Below, piece by piece: positions 8,180 to 16,340 of a stretch of 49,369 nt of DNA. Every line of letters starts with the position of its first letter. Position 1 is the first letter of the stretch. The notes beneath the pieces were generated by a model. The model saw nothing but the letters and a program-made list of their open reading frames with translations. It was not told the DNA's origin and made no database searches. A program made the translations under genes and the position numbers. The stretch is from a virus: IMG/VR virus record IMGVR_UViG_3300018079_000007. One strand, given 5' to 3'.

Positions 8180-9184
8180 ATGATGGTTACTCAACTGGCA
8201 GCCGCCCAACTCAACTTCTTTCCCTCTAATCGCATGAACCCGGCCACCGGCTATGGCCGTATGGAACTCGGCCTGGTCAAAGGACTGACCGGCTTCGGTG
8301 TGCAGGTGTGGATGGTGGATAGATGGACGCCACCCAAACACGCCGTCACCATCATCAGCGGATCGCCGGAATGGGGCGAGGATGTGCCGGGGCGCAAGTG
8401 GGCCTTCACCATGAGCGAGAGCAACCGCGTCTCCCGCTTGTGGGTGGACATCCTGAACGCCGATTTTGAGCGGGTGCTGGTGGCTTGTCCGCCGCTGGTG
8501 GACATCTACCGCGAATCGGGACTAACCATTCCGGTGGATTATGTGCCGTTGGGTGTGGATTACCGGCCACCGTATTTTGTGCCACGCGATCCTCATCCGC
8601 CGCAGTTCACCTGGTTGACCTACAGCCTGGGCGACATGCGTAAGGGCGCCGACCTGGCGATCATGGCCTTCAAGCGGCTGTGCGGCGACGATCCCCGCTA
8701 CCGGCTCATCATCAAATGCCGGGATGCGGCACAGTGGCTGACCGGCCTGGACGATCCACAAATCAGCCTGGAACAGGGACAAATGAGTGAGCCGGAGTGG
8801 CATGACTTGCTGGCGCGCTGCCAGGCGATGATTTTCCCCAGCCGGGGCGAAGGCTTCGGCTATCCGCCCAGAGAAGCGGTATTGAGCGGACTGCCGGTGG
8901 CCGCGACGCAGGCGCTGGGTATGTGGGATGTGGAAAAGTGGGGTTATCCCATCGCTGTGAAAGACATGCGTCCCTGTCAGTTTGATTATTATGAAGCCAA
9001 CGACGAGGCCGGGCAGTGGTGGGAGCCGGATCGGGAGTCAATCGACGCGCAGATGAAGGCGGTGATGGCCGACTATCGGGCGGCGCTGGCAAAAGCAGCA
9101 GCGGGGCGCAAATACCTGCTGGAGTATTTCACCTGGGAACAGGCGGCGCGGCGGATTGAGGAGCTGCTATGCGAATCGGCCTAA
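8180..9184 (+). CDS. Glycosyltransferase, GT-B fold, GT4-like (retaining type)
   Basis: EX7E-type motif EGFGYPPRE, followed by AVLSGLPVAATQ in the C-terminal half. Confidence 0.7.
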   Translation: MMVTQLAAAQLNFFPSNRMNPATGYGRMELGLVKGLTGFGVQVWMVDRWTPPKHAVTIISGSPEWGEDVPGRKWAFTMSESNRVSRLWVDILNADFERVLVACPPLVDIYRESGLTIPVDYVPLGVDYRPPYFVPRDPHPPQFTWLTYSLGDMRKGADLAIMAFKRLCGDDPRYRLIIKCRDAAQWLTGLDDPQISLEQGQMSEPEWHDLLARCQAMIFPSRGEGFGYPPREAVLSGLPVAATQALGMWDVEKWGYPIAVKDMRPCQFDYYEANDEAGQWWEPDRESIDAQMKAVMADYRAALAKAAAGRKYLLEYFTWEQAARRIEELLCESA

Positions 9185-9933
9185 TCGTGGTGGCTTATGG
9201 ATTGGCGGAAGATTTAGTACTGCTGTTTTCGCGCTCCGATTCATCCAAAGTCCACTGGTATCTTTTCCTCCACAGCCAGGTAGAGGAAGTGGTAGCGGTA
9301 TGTGAGCGCCTGGCAGCCCGCCCCAATGTCCGCTACTACCCCTATGGCGAGAACCGGGGATTGGCAAAATCCTGGAACGAGGGCTTGATCGACGGCTACC
9401 ATGACGGCATGGATGTGATGTTGATTGCCAACGACGATGCTGCGCCACAGTATGGCGACGCCACCCGGATCGCGCGGGCGGCAGCCCGCAATCGGGATTA
9501 TTACATGGTCAGTGGGTGGGGCTTCGATGCACGCGCGCTGCAATCCGGTGACATGCTGTTTTCGCTGGCGGCGATCAACCCCGTTGCACTCGAAAAGATT
9601 GGGTATTTCGACGAAAATTTCTATCCGATTTATTACGAAGATAGGGATTATTATCGGCGGGCGCAGTTGGCCGGACTGGGACACATGTGTATTCCATCAA
9701 CCCACATCCTGCACGCTGGCAGCAAGAGCCGGAGCATAGTGCCCATCCAACAGCACGAAGAACAGTTTGAGCGGAACAAAGCCTATTATCTGCGAAAATG
9801 GGGTGGCGAGAAGGAATACGAACTGTTTGAGACACCGTTTAATGATCCGGCACTCGGTTGGAAAATCCGAACGAATGAGCGAAACGCGCCCTATCCAGGG
9901 TATAATCGGATGGATCGGGAGGCGGCGGGCTGA
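9169..9933 (+). CDS. Glycosyltransferase family 2-like protein, 254 aa
   Basis: The N-terminal strand IGLIVVAYG, NRGLAKSWNEGL and the acidic motif IANDD fit a GT-A fold. Confidence 0.55.
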   Translation: MRIGLIVVAYGLAEDLVLLFSRSDSSKVHWYLFLHSQVEEVVAVCERLAARPNVRYYPYGENRGLAKSWNEGLIDGYHDGMDVMLIANDDAAPQYGDATRIARAAARNRDYYMVSGWGFDARALQSGDMLFSLAAINPVALEKIGYFDENFYPIYYEDRDYYRRAQLAGLGHMCIPSTHILHAGSKSRSIVPIQQHEEQFERNKAYYLRKWGGEKEYELFETPFNDPALGWKIRTNERNAPYPGYNRMDREAAG

Positions 9934-10922
9934 TGCGAATTCTGGTCACAGGCGGCGCAGGTTTCATTGGCGGGCATTTGGTCGGCAGGCTGCTGGACGA
10001 TGGGCATACGGTGCATATTGTCGATAATCTGTCGAGCAACCCGATACCAATGGCACGGCTACTGAATGAGATAGGGAACGCGGCCATTTCAGCTACCGTC
10101 TTTCAAGAAAGCATTGAAGTGTTCAGTTTGTATCAACAACCGCTGTATCGACGCGCACGCTACGACGCGATTTTCCATCTGGCCTCGCCGGTGGGGCCAG
10201 CCGGTATCCTGCCGCACGCGGGTAAGATTATACAGCAGGTGGTGAGCGACGCCTATCGGGTGATCGACCTGGCGAAACACAACGGCGCGCGACTGATTGA
10301 CGTATCGACCAGCGAGGTGTACGGCGGCGGCCAGGATGGGCTATGCAGCGAGGACATGCGCAAACACATCCCGGCGCAGATGACGGCGCGAGTCGAGTAT
10401 GCCGTAGCGAAGCTGGCGGCAGAGGCCGCCATTCTGAACAGCGCCGACCTGGATGCGCTGATTGTGCGCCCGTTTAATGTCGCTGGGCCGCGCCAGAGTG
10501 CCAAAGGCGGATTTGTACTGCCGCGATTTGTCGGGCAGGCCATGCGGGGCGAGGCGCTGACGGTGTTCGGCAGCGGGATGCAAATACGGGCCTTCACCCA
10601 TGTGCGCGACATCGTCGATGGGATGGTGCGGGCCTGGGAAAGAGGCCGGACGGGCGCGGTTTACAACCTGGGCAACCCGGCGAATACCACCACCATCCTT
10701 GATCTGGCGCAGCAGGTGATGGCGGTCATCGGCCAGGGTGAGGTCGTGTTCACGAATGGCAAGGCGATTTATGGGCCGCAATATGCCGAAGCCGATGATA
10801 AATATCCCGATTCGAGGAAAGCCGAAACCGAACTGGGTTGGCAGCCGAGTATCGGTATCCGGGCGACGATCCGGGATGTGTACGAGTATGAGCAGGCGAA
10901 AGAGGCCGAATTATGCCGATGA
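9933..10922 (+). CDS. NAD-dependent sugar epimerase/dehydratase (extended SDR)
   Basis: Rossmann motif VTGGAGFIGGHL at the N-terminus and catalytic YAVAK (YxxxK). TGATG overlap with the upstream gene. Confidence 0.8.
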   Translation: MRILVTGGAGFIGGHLVGRLLDDGHTVHIVDNLSSNPIPMARLLNEIGNAAISATVFQESIEVFSLYQQPLYRRARYDAIFHLASPVGPAGILPHAGKIIQQVVSDAYRVIDLAKHNGARLIDVSTSEVYGGGQDGLCSEDMRKHIPAQMTARVEYAVAKLAAEAAILNSADLDALIVRPFNVAGPRQSAKGGFVLPRFVGQAMRGEALTVFGSGMQIRAFTHVRDIVDGMVRAWERGRTGAVYNLGNPANTTTILDLAQQVMAVIGQGEVVFTNGKAIYGPQYAEADDKYPDSRKAETELGWQPSIGIRATIRDVYEYEQAKEAELCR

Positions 10923-11302
10923 CGACGCAGCAGTTACAGCGGGTGCGGCGCGATTTGGGCGATGTCGCCACTGCTTTCACCGACCCGGAACTGGATGACA
11001 ATTGGGATCGACTGACCAGCGCGCCCAATGACAATACCCGTTTTGAAGCGGTTAAGGGCCTGTGTTTTGAGCAGCTCCTCAACAGCGCCAGCAAGCTGCA
11101 TGATTACAGCGCCGGGGCAGTGGATGAGAAGCTCGATCAGGTGTATCGGCACTTGAAGGAACGTAAGGCCGATTACCAATGGGCACTGGATGCGGCGCAG
11201 GGCGAACGGCGGCAGGTAGTCATCGGCAAGCTGGGCAAACGGGTCAACCCGGATCGCTACACGCCCAGTGAAAATCAATTGACAAGCAGGAGGCGATGGT
11301 AA
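10913..11302 (+). CDS. Hypothetical protein, 129 aa (head-tail module)
   Basis: ORF in the late operon that overlaps its neighbours. Confidence 0.5.
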   Translation: MPMTTQQLQRVRRDLGDVATAFTDPELDDNWDRLTSAPNDNTRFEAVKGLCFEQLLNSASKLHDYSAGAVDEKLDQVYRHLKERKADYQWALDAAQGERRQVVIGKLGKRVNPDRYTPSENQLTSRRRW

Positions 11303-11721
11303 TGGTTAAGAAAACGCAGGCCGAAAAAGTGCAGGAGGCTGCCGAGTATGTCGAGGGCGCGGCTGCTGAGATTCTTGAGGAGTATGAGGGCGAAGCCGTA
11401 GCGGATGCGGATGACACGCCGCCCCCAGAGATAATGGGCGAAGCGCACGGCGCAATCAATGTGTTGAACATTCCCCAGGACGTAGTTGAAAATGCTGCCA
11501 GGTTTGTGGCGCAGACGATGCAACAGGATTTGCCGCCAATTATTATGGAAGCGGCTGCCCTGGCCGACCATGCCAGCCAGGAAGCGGCGGCGCTGATCGA
11601 AGCCGCGCGCCAGGACTGGAACAAGGTCTTCTTCATGATTAAGGCGCTCAAGCCGCGCATGGCAAGCGATGAAGCGCTGCGCACGTCGAAGCTGGGCGCG
11701 CTGCTGAATAAACTGCCATGA
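11296..11721 (+). CDS. Hypothetical acidic protein, 141 aa
   Basis: ORF in the late operon with an ATGA overlap to the next gene. Confidence 0.5.
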   Translation: MVMVKKTQAEKVQEAAEYVEGAAAEILEEYEGEAVADADDTPPPEIMGEAHGAINVLNIPQDVVENAARFVAQTMQQDLPPIIMEAAALADHASQEAAALIEAARQDWNKVFFMIKALKPRMASDEALRTSKLGALLNKLP

Positions 11722-12014
11722 TGCGCTATGACGCCAACAACTTTGTGCTGATTATGATCCACATCTGCGACACCTTTGAACTGTCGCATAAGCAGATGAT
11801 CGCGCTGCGGCAGAAGGTGGAAAAGGTGTATCGCGGCCAGCCCAAACCCTTCGCCAAACGGCGCACTAAAACACCGGTCAGCCTGAACGCGCTGGCGATC
11901 ACCACCGGGCTACTGGTGGCCTTCGGCGGCGGCCATGAAGCCGTAGGCGCGGTACTGAAAGTGTCGCGGGATAAACTGATCGACCTGGCGCGGGAGTACG
12001 ACCCGAATGCCTGA
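11718..12014 (+). CDS. Hypothetical protein, 98 aa
   Basis: Translationally coupled ORF. Confidence 0.5.
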   Translation: MMRYDANNFVLIMIHICDTFELSHKQMIALRQKVEKVYRGQPKPFAKRRTKTPVSLNALAITTGLLVAFGGGHEAVGAVLKVSRDKLIDLAREYDPNA

Positions 12015-12393
12015 TTTCGGCACCTACCTGGGCTGGAACCCCAGCGGCGACCTGGAAGAATGGTACCGCCAGTCGGAACGCGCCGACTCGGTGGCCTTTA
12101 TGATCGGCCACCGGGGGGTGAGCCTCGCAATTGTGCGCGGCGATGAGACGCTGGATGCCCAGTCGGTGATCCTGGCCCCCGCCGGACGGGACACCACCGC
12201 CAGCGAACGCAAGAGCGAATCAGGCAGCGGCGCTTATGAGCAGCTCTTGATCGTCGGCCAGCCGGATTTGGATATTAAACGCGGCGACCTGTTCAAGTAT
12301 CCATCCACAGTGGCGCGGCTGAATTATAAGGTGGTGCGGGTGGAGCGAACGTTACACGGTATGGTGCAGGCGTATGCCGAGGAGACACAATGA
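12007..12393 (+). CDS. Candidate head closure / head-tail adaptor protein, 128 aa
   Basis: Size and position upstream of the tail completion genes. No diagnostic motif was seen. Confidence 0.4.
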   Translation: MPDFGTYLGWNPSGDLEEWYRQSERADSVAFMIGHRGVSLAIVRGDETLDAQSVILAPAGRDTTASERKSESGSGAYEQLLIVGQPDLDIKRGDLFKYPSTVARLNYKVVRVERTLHGMVQAYAEETQ

Positions 12394-12743
12394 GCGCCGA
12401 GATGCAATGGACGGGTATTAGTGAGATGCAAGCGCGGCTGGAAGACTATCGCCGCCGCTGCCGTCTGGCGCTGCATCTGATCGCTGAATACTACGCGCCG
12501 GTTGTTGAGGCGGCAGCCAAAGCCGATGCCACCTGGACGGATCGCACCGGCAACGCTCGGCAGGGGCTGACCGGTTTCGTCAAAGACTTGAGCGAAACGT
12601 CGGTGGCGATTTATCTGGCGCACCGGATGGATTACGGCCTGTATTTAGAACTGGCGCATCAGGCGCGCTATGCCATCATCCTGCCGACGCTGGAGCAGCA
12701 CTACCAACCCGTGATGGATATGGTGCGGAAGGTGTTCAGTTAA
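12390..12743 (+). CDS. Candidate tail completion protein (HK97 gp10-like), 117 aa
   Basis: The position and the TDRTGNARQGL segment resemble gp10-type proteins. The call is tentative. Confidence 0.4.
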   Translation: MSAEMQWTGISEMQARLEDYRRRCRLALHLIAEYYAPVVEAAAKADATWTDRTGNARQGLTGFVKDLSETSVAIYLAHRMDYGLYLELAHQARYAIILPTLEQHYQPVMDMVRKVFS

Positions 12744-13189
12744 TGGCAAGCAAGGAAGCTGCGATCAAAGCTGCGCTGACCGGCAACGCGCCCTGGGTGG
12801 CGCTGGTGACGGGTGGTACCTTCCTGTTTGACGAGTTGGGGACATTGGGATTGACGCCGGAGAGCGCTGAAGCAGCGGGTTGTTACGATGCCGACGGCAA
12901 GCTGGAACTGACGGCGGTGCTGACCTTTGACACCAATACCGAAGCCGAGATCCTGACCAGTGAAAGGCAATTTTTCCGCATCTGGTATTTTCATCATGAC
13001 AGTTACAGTCTGATCCGGCAGGCGCGCCGGAAAGCCAAAGACCTGCTGGATCGGCAGCAGGTGACGGCGGACAATGAAGGGCGACCCCTCATGCGCTGGG
13101 TCGATGACATCCGCGAGTTCACCGAGGACGACCTGGGCGGCGCACTGGCTGCGGCAAGCCGCTATTTTGTGCAGTTGCGGCGGCGGTAA
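12743..13189 (+). CDS. Candidate tail terminator / tail completion protein, 148 aa
   Basis: It is the last small structural ORF before the tail tube module. The call is positional. Confidence 0.4.
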   Translation: MASKEAAIKAALTGNAPWVALVTGGTFLFDELGTLGLTPESAEAAGCYDADGKLELTAVLTFDTNTEAEILTSERQFFRIWYFHHDSYSLIRQARRKAKDLLDRQQVTADNEGRPLMRWVDDIREFTEDDLGGALAAASRYFVQLRRR

Positions 13190-13199
13190 AGCGAAAATC

Positions 13200-13254
13200 T
13201 GTGCTATAATTGAGGGAGAAAAGGAAACTCCGACGGTGCGCAAACACCTCGGAG
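13200..13254 (+). promoter_or_regulatory. Homing-endonuclease leader 1: TGTGCTATAAT (13200..13210) plus 5' UTR hairpin CTCCGA...TCGGAG (13228..13254)
   Basis: Read from the sequence. It is homologous to the leader at 15365..15410. Confidence 0.55.
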
Positions 13255-13274
13255 CATGAGCAACCATAAGAAGG

Positions 13275-13967
13275 ATGGCTACTGTGAGTAATGATACTCC
13301 AATTTCAGGCATATATGTTATCCTCAACGTAAAAACCGGCAAAGTCTACATTGGGCAAACGCAGGATTTTCGCAGGCGGTGGCACAAACATAAGACCTAT
13401 TTAAAGGGCGGTTATCACGAAAATCGACACCTGCAACATGCTTGGAATAGATATGGTGCGGATGCGTTCCGTTTTCAAAAACTAGAATATTGCGCTATTG
13501 AACAATTAGACGAACGAGAACAACACTTCCTTGACATCTACATGGCGAAAGGAATGTGTTACAACATCGCCAAAGATGTACAGGCATCAGGGCGCGGACT
13601 AATTCGCAGCGAGGAGACACGGCGAAAACTTAGCGAAGCCGTCATGGGTAAAAATAACCCCAACTTTGGGAAACCCAAAAGCGAAGAGACACGGCGTAAA
13701 ATGAGTGATGCGCAAAAGGGACGAATCCTGAGTGATGACCATGTGCGCAAGCTGAGTGAAGCCGCTAGAAAACGTCCTCCTGCAAGCGAAGAAACGCGCC
13801 GCAAATTGAGCGAGGCTGGCAAAGGTAAAATTCAAAGCGAAGAAACATGCCGGAAGAAAAGTGAACAGCGAAAAGGCGTGATATTTAGTGAAGAACATAA
13901 ACGGAAATTGAGCGAAGGTGCAAAACGGCGTTACGCAAAGGCGCGAAAGCTGTCTGAGGATGAATAA
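13275..13967 (+). CDS. GIY-YIG homing endonuclease with NUMOD3-type repeats
   Basis: GIYVILNVKTGKVYIGQT at the N-terminus. Five SEETRRKLSEA-like repeats sit in the C-terminal half. The gene is lower in GC than its flanks and lies between structural genes. Confidence 0.85.
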   Translation: MATVSNDTPISGIYVILNVKTGKVYIGQTQDFRRRWHKHKTYLKGGYHENRHLQHAWNRYGADAFRFQKLEYCAIEQLDEREQHFLDIYMAKGMCYNIAKDVQASGRGLIRSEETRRKLSEAVMGKNNPNFGKPKSEETRRKMSDAQKGRILSDDHVRKLSEAARKRPPASEETRRKLSEAGKGKIQSEETCRKKSEQRKGVIFSEEHKRKLSEGAKRRYAKARKLSEDE

Positions 13968-13991
13968 AGTGTTTCTTTAGAACCGAATACT

Positions 13992-14056
13992 TGTGCTATA
14001 ATATTATCAATAACAGGGCGCGGCCCGTCGAGAGACGAGCCGCGCTTTTCGTTTTT
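13992..14056 (+). promoter_or_regulatory. Cassette B: TGTGCTATAAT (13992..14002), hairpin GCGCGGC/GCCGCGC (14018..14045), T-run 14046..14056
   Basis: Read from the sequence. The hairpin is nearly identical to that of cassette C. Confidence 0.6.
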
Positions 14057-14130
14057 AGAGTGAAAGGCAAATCATCATTCCTGGGAGCAGCGAATTCGGC
14101 GAAGTATCCTACACTTTAACCGATTTACTG

Positions 14131-14679
14131 GTGGCAGCTTACAATATTACTGCCAATACTTATGGAACCCCTATCTCGGCGGCCATCGGGCAGACGTTGG
14201 AAGTTGACCCGGAACACGACACGGATAAGCTGCCGGGTTACGGCGTAACCATGCGCCTGCTGTCGGTGGCGCGCGGGGCCAAAATCAAAATCGGTATGGG
14301 CGGTGTCGATGTCGATTTCCTGGCCGTCACCGCCGGGGTGTCGAATTACACCAGCAACCTGACGCCCAACCAGCGGCGGCGTACCCGTTTCCCGGCGGGT
14401 GGCGCAGGTTTGCCCTACTTCGGCGCGATTGGCTTGACGCCTACCGACGACGGCGGCGTGGCGGCCATCGGCTTGCAGGGGTGTAAGTTGGATAAGTATC
14501 CCAAATACACCGCCGACGGCAAAACCAACAAATTCAATATGTCCGAGATCGAGGGTTATGCCATCCCGGTTGCCATCAGCAGTGTGTTGTACCTGATGAC
14601 CGTGCGCACCTACGAAACGGCGGCGCTGTGGACAGCCCCGGCCAGTGGCGCCGACTTCCTGGCTTTCTTCGCGGCATAA
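14131..14679 (+). CDS. Major tail (tube) protein candidate, 182 aa
   Basis: Its size and its position upstream of the chaperone and tape measure genes fit a tube protein. The GTG start has a weak RBS, so the start is uncertain. Confidence 0.55.
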   Translation: MAAYNITANTYGTPISAAIGQTLEVDPEHDTDKLPGYGVTMRLLSVARGAKIKIGMGGVDVDFLAVTAGVSNYTSNLTPNQRRRTRFPAGGAGLPYFGAIGLTPTDDGGVAAIGLQGCKLDKYPKYTADGKTNKFNMSEIEGYAIPVAISSVLYLMTVRTYETAALWTAPASGADFLAFFAA

Positions 14680-14689
14680 GGAGCGATAC

Positions 14690-15139
14690 ATGGTTACACC
14701 GATCAACGAATGGATGCCGCAGGCCGAAGAAATCACGCTGCCCAGTGGCAAGGTGGCGCTGCTGAAACGGCCTGACCTGGTGGCGATGATCTCCGGTGAT
14801 GGCGAAGTGCCGGATTTGCTGTCGAACCTGATCCTGGATATGACCCAGAACAACATGGGCCAGCGCCAGGAACTGACCATCGACAAAGAAACCCTGCCCC
14901 AGATCATGAAGTCGATGGACGTGATTGCCATCGCCTGTTTTGTTACGCCGAAATTGTGGACTAAGGATGCAGCCGAGGGCGAGTACATCCCGGTGGCCTG
15001 GGTGCCGTTCAACGACAAGGCGACGGTGATGGCCTGGGCGTTAGGGGGGCAGTACCAACCTGCCAAAACGTTTCCTCCAGAACCGAACGGCCACCTGGCA
15101 ACTGTACCGCCAATCGAGCCAGTTTCGGGAAAAACCTAG
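14690..15139 (+). CDS. Tail assembly chaperone candidate (gpG-like), 149 aa
   Basis: AAGGAG RBS 6 nt before the ATG at 14690. It lies between the tube and tape measure genes and is followed by an overlapping start-less ORF. Confidence 0.55.
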   Translation: MVTPINEWMPQAEEITLPSGKVALLKRPDLVAMISGDGEVPDLLSNLILDMTQNNMGQRQELTIDKETLPQIMKSMDVIAIACFVTPKLWTKDAAEGEYIPVAWVPFNDKATVMAWALGGQYQPAKTFPPEPNGHLATVPPIEPVSGKT

Positions 15140-15359
15140 CGCGATCTTCGGCATCCGCGACAATCATTGGTTAAGTTATCAATTTGATAACGCAGTTTTG
15201 CTTTTTGGCACCTGGGTACAGAACCGGCTGGATGCGCGGAACGATGATGGTAAGCCGAAGTATAGAAGTTTTGCGGCGGCGCTGGGTGAACCGGCGAAGC
15301 GGAAACCGATCAATGCGGGGCAGTTGGGCATGATGCCCGGCGTGAATTTTCGCGACTAA
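15045..15359 (+). CDS. Start-less ORF in the +1 frame overlapping the chaperone 3' end; candidate frameshift extension (gpT-like)
   Basis: The +1 frame is open for 105 codons, from the TAG at 15042..15044 to the TAA at 15357..15359. It has no ATG or GTG near its 5' end. Homopolymers G6 (15044..15049) and A5 (15130..15134) lie in the overlap. Confidence 0.4.
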   Translation, partial: GGSTNLPKRFLQNRTATWQLYRQSSQFREKPSAIFGIRDNHWLSYQFDNAVLLFGTWVQNRLDARNDDGKPKYRSFAAALGEPAKRKPINAGQLGMMPGVNFRD

Positions 15360-15364
15360 CGCGG

Positions 15365-15410
15365 TATAATAGAACAAATAAGTTACCCCTGCGTGCGACA
15401 ACACCAGGGG
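15365..15410 (+). promoter_or_regulatory. Homing-endonuclease leader 2: TATAAT (15365..15370) plus 5' UTR hairpin CCCCTG...CAGGGG (15386..15410)
   Basis: Read from the sequence. Its loop and downstream sequence are homologous to leader 1. Confidence 0.5.
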
Positions 15411-15430
15411 CTTGAGTATCCATTACAAGG

Positions 15431-16258
15431 ATGGCTACTGTGAATAATGATACCACACCCCTCAAGCGCTGCACGGGATGCCAACAGTGGAAACCCGCAA
15501 CACGGAAATATTTTCACAAACATAGCCAAACAAAAGATGGCTGCCGCCAACCGTGTATTGAGTGCCGCCATATTCAAAGCCTTGAAGATGGCGAAGCTGC
15601 GAATGAGCGCGCCCGTATATCCTGGGAGAAGCATAAAGATAGAGTGAATGCCGAGAGGCGCGCTCATCCCGAAAAGCATCGAGAACAAAGCAGATTGTGG
15701 CGTGCAGCGAATCGGGAAAGGGTTCGCAAAATTAAGCGTGATTGGTATTATGCGAACCGAAATAAGGTGCTTGCGGCGCAGAAAAAATATCAGGAAGCTA
15801 ACCCCGAAAAGGGGCAGGTGATTCGGCGGCGTCACTATTTACTTCACCCCGAAGCCTATAAATATCAGGCGCAAAAGGCCAAACATGAACGGCGGGCAAT
15901 TGAACGAAATTTAGGCAGCGATCTCACGGAAGATCAATGGAAACGCTGCTTGGATTATTGGGGCGGATGCTGTGCAGTATGCGGGCAGATTGCAACCGGA
16001 CTCTGGACAACAATAGCAATGGATCATTGGATCGCTATCAAAGACCCGCGACCCGATAACCCCGGCACAACAGTTGGGAACATAGTTCCCTTATGTCACG
16101 GGAAGAGAGGGATTCCAGCGGGCAAATCCTGTTGCAACCAATCCAAAAGCAATAAAGACCCGGCTGCGTGGCTAATCGAGCGCCTCGGCAAACGGAAAGC
16201 AAAGCGGAAATTAGCCGAGATCGAAGCCTATTTTGAGTGGGTGAAAAGTCAACCGTAA
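15431..16258 (+). CDS. HNH homing endonuclease, 275 aa
   Basis: C-terminal CAVCGQ...AMDHWIAIKD...GNIVPLCHG (H-N-H) and an N-terminal Cys-rich zinc-finger-like segment. It is free-standing between structural genes. Confidence 0.8.
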   Translation: MATVNNDTTPLKRCTGCQQWKPATRKYFHKHSQTKDGCRQPCIECRHIQSLEDGEAANERARISWEKHKDRVNAERRAHPEKHREQSRLWRAANRERVRKIKRDWYYANRNKVLAAQKKYQEANPEKGQVIRRRHYLLHPEAYKYQAQKAKHERRAIERNLGSDLTEDQWKRCLDYWGGCCAVCGQIATGLWTTIAMDHWIAIKDPRPDNPGTTVGNIVPLCHGKRGIPAGKSCCNQSKSNKDPAAWLIERLGKRKAKRKLAEIEAYFEWVKSQP

Positions 16259-16268
16259 CCCAAACATC

Positions 16269-16331
16269 TGTGCTACAATTAAAGCATCCACAGGGCGCGG
16301 CCCGTCGAAAGACGAGGCCGCGTTTTTATTT
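16269..16331 (+). promoter_or_regulatory. Cassette C: TGTGCTACAAT (16269..16279), hairpin CGCGGCC/GGCCGCG (16296..16322), T-run 16323..16331
   Basis: Read from the sequence. Confidence 0.6.
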
Positions 16332-16340
16332 GGGGTGCGT

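Noticed and set aside
14125-15066. Long antisense ORFs in the track, for example 14125..15066(-), 16991..17809(-), 45485..46288(-), 47125..47883(-) and 12740..13342(-).
   Set aside because: They lie opposite well-supported late genes and have Arg/Pro/Gly-rich translations typical of wrong-frame GC-rich DNA. They lack RBS or coupling signals and would break the operon organisation.
15127-15133. Canonical -1 slippery heptamer G GGA AAA at the end of the tail chaperone gene.
   Set aside because: The -1 frame terminates after 13 codons (TAA in GGTTAAG). The long downstream ORF is in the +1 frame. The heptamer therefore does not explain the extension, although a short -1 product cannot be excluded.
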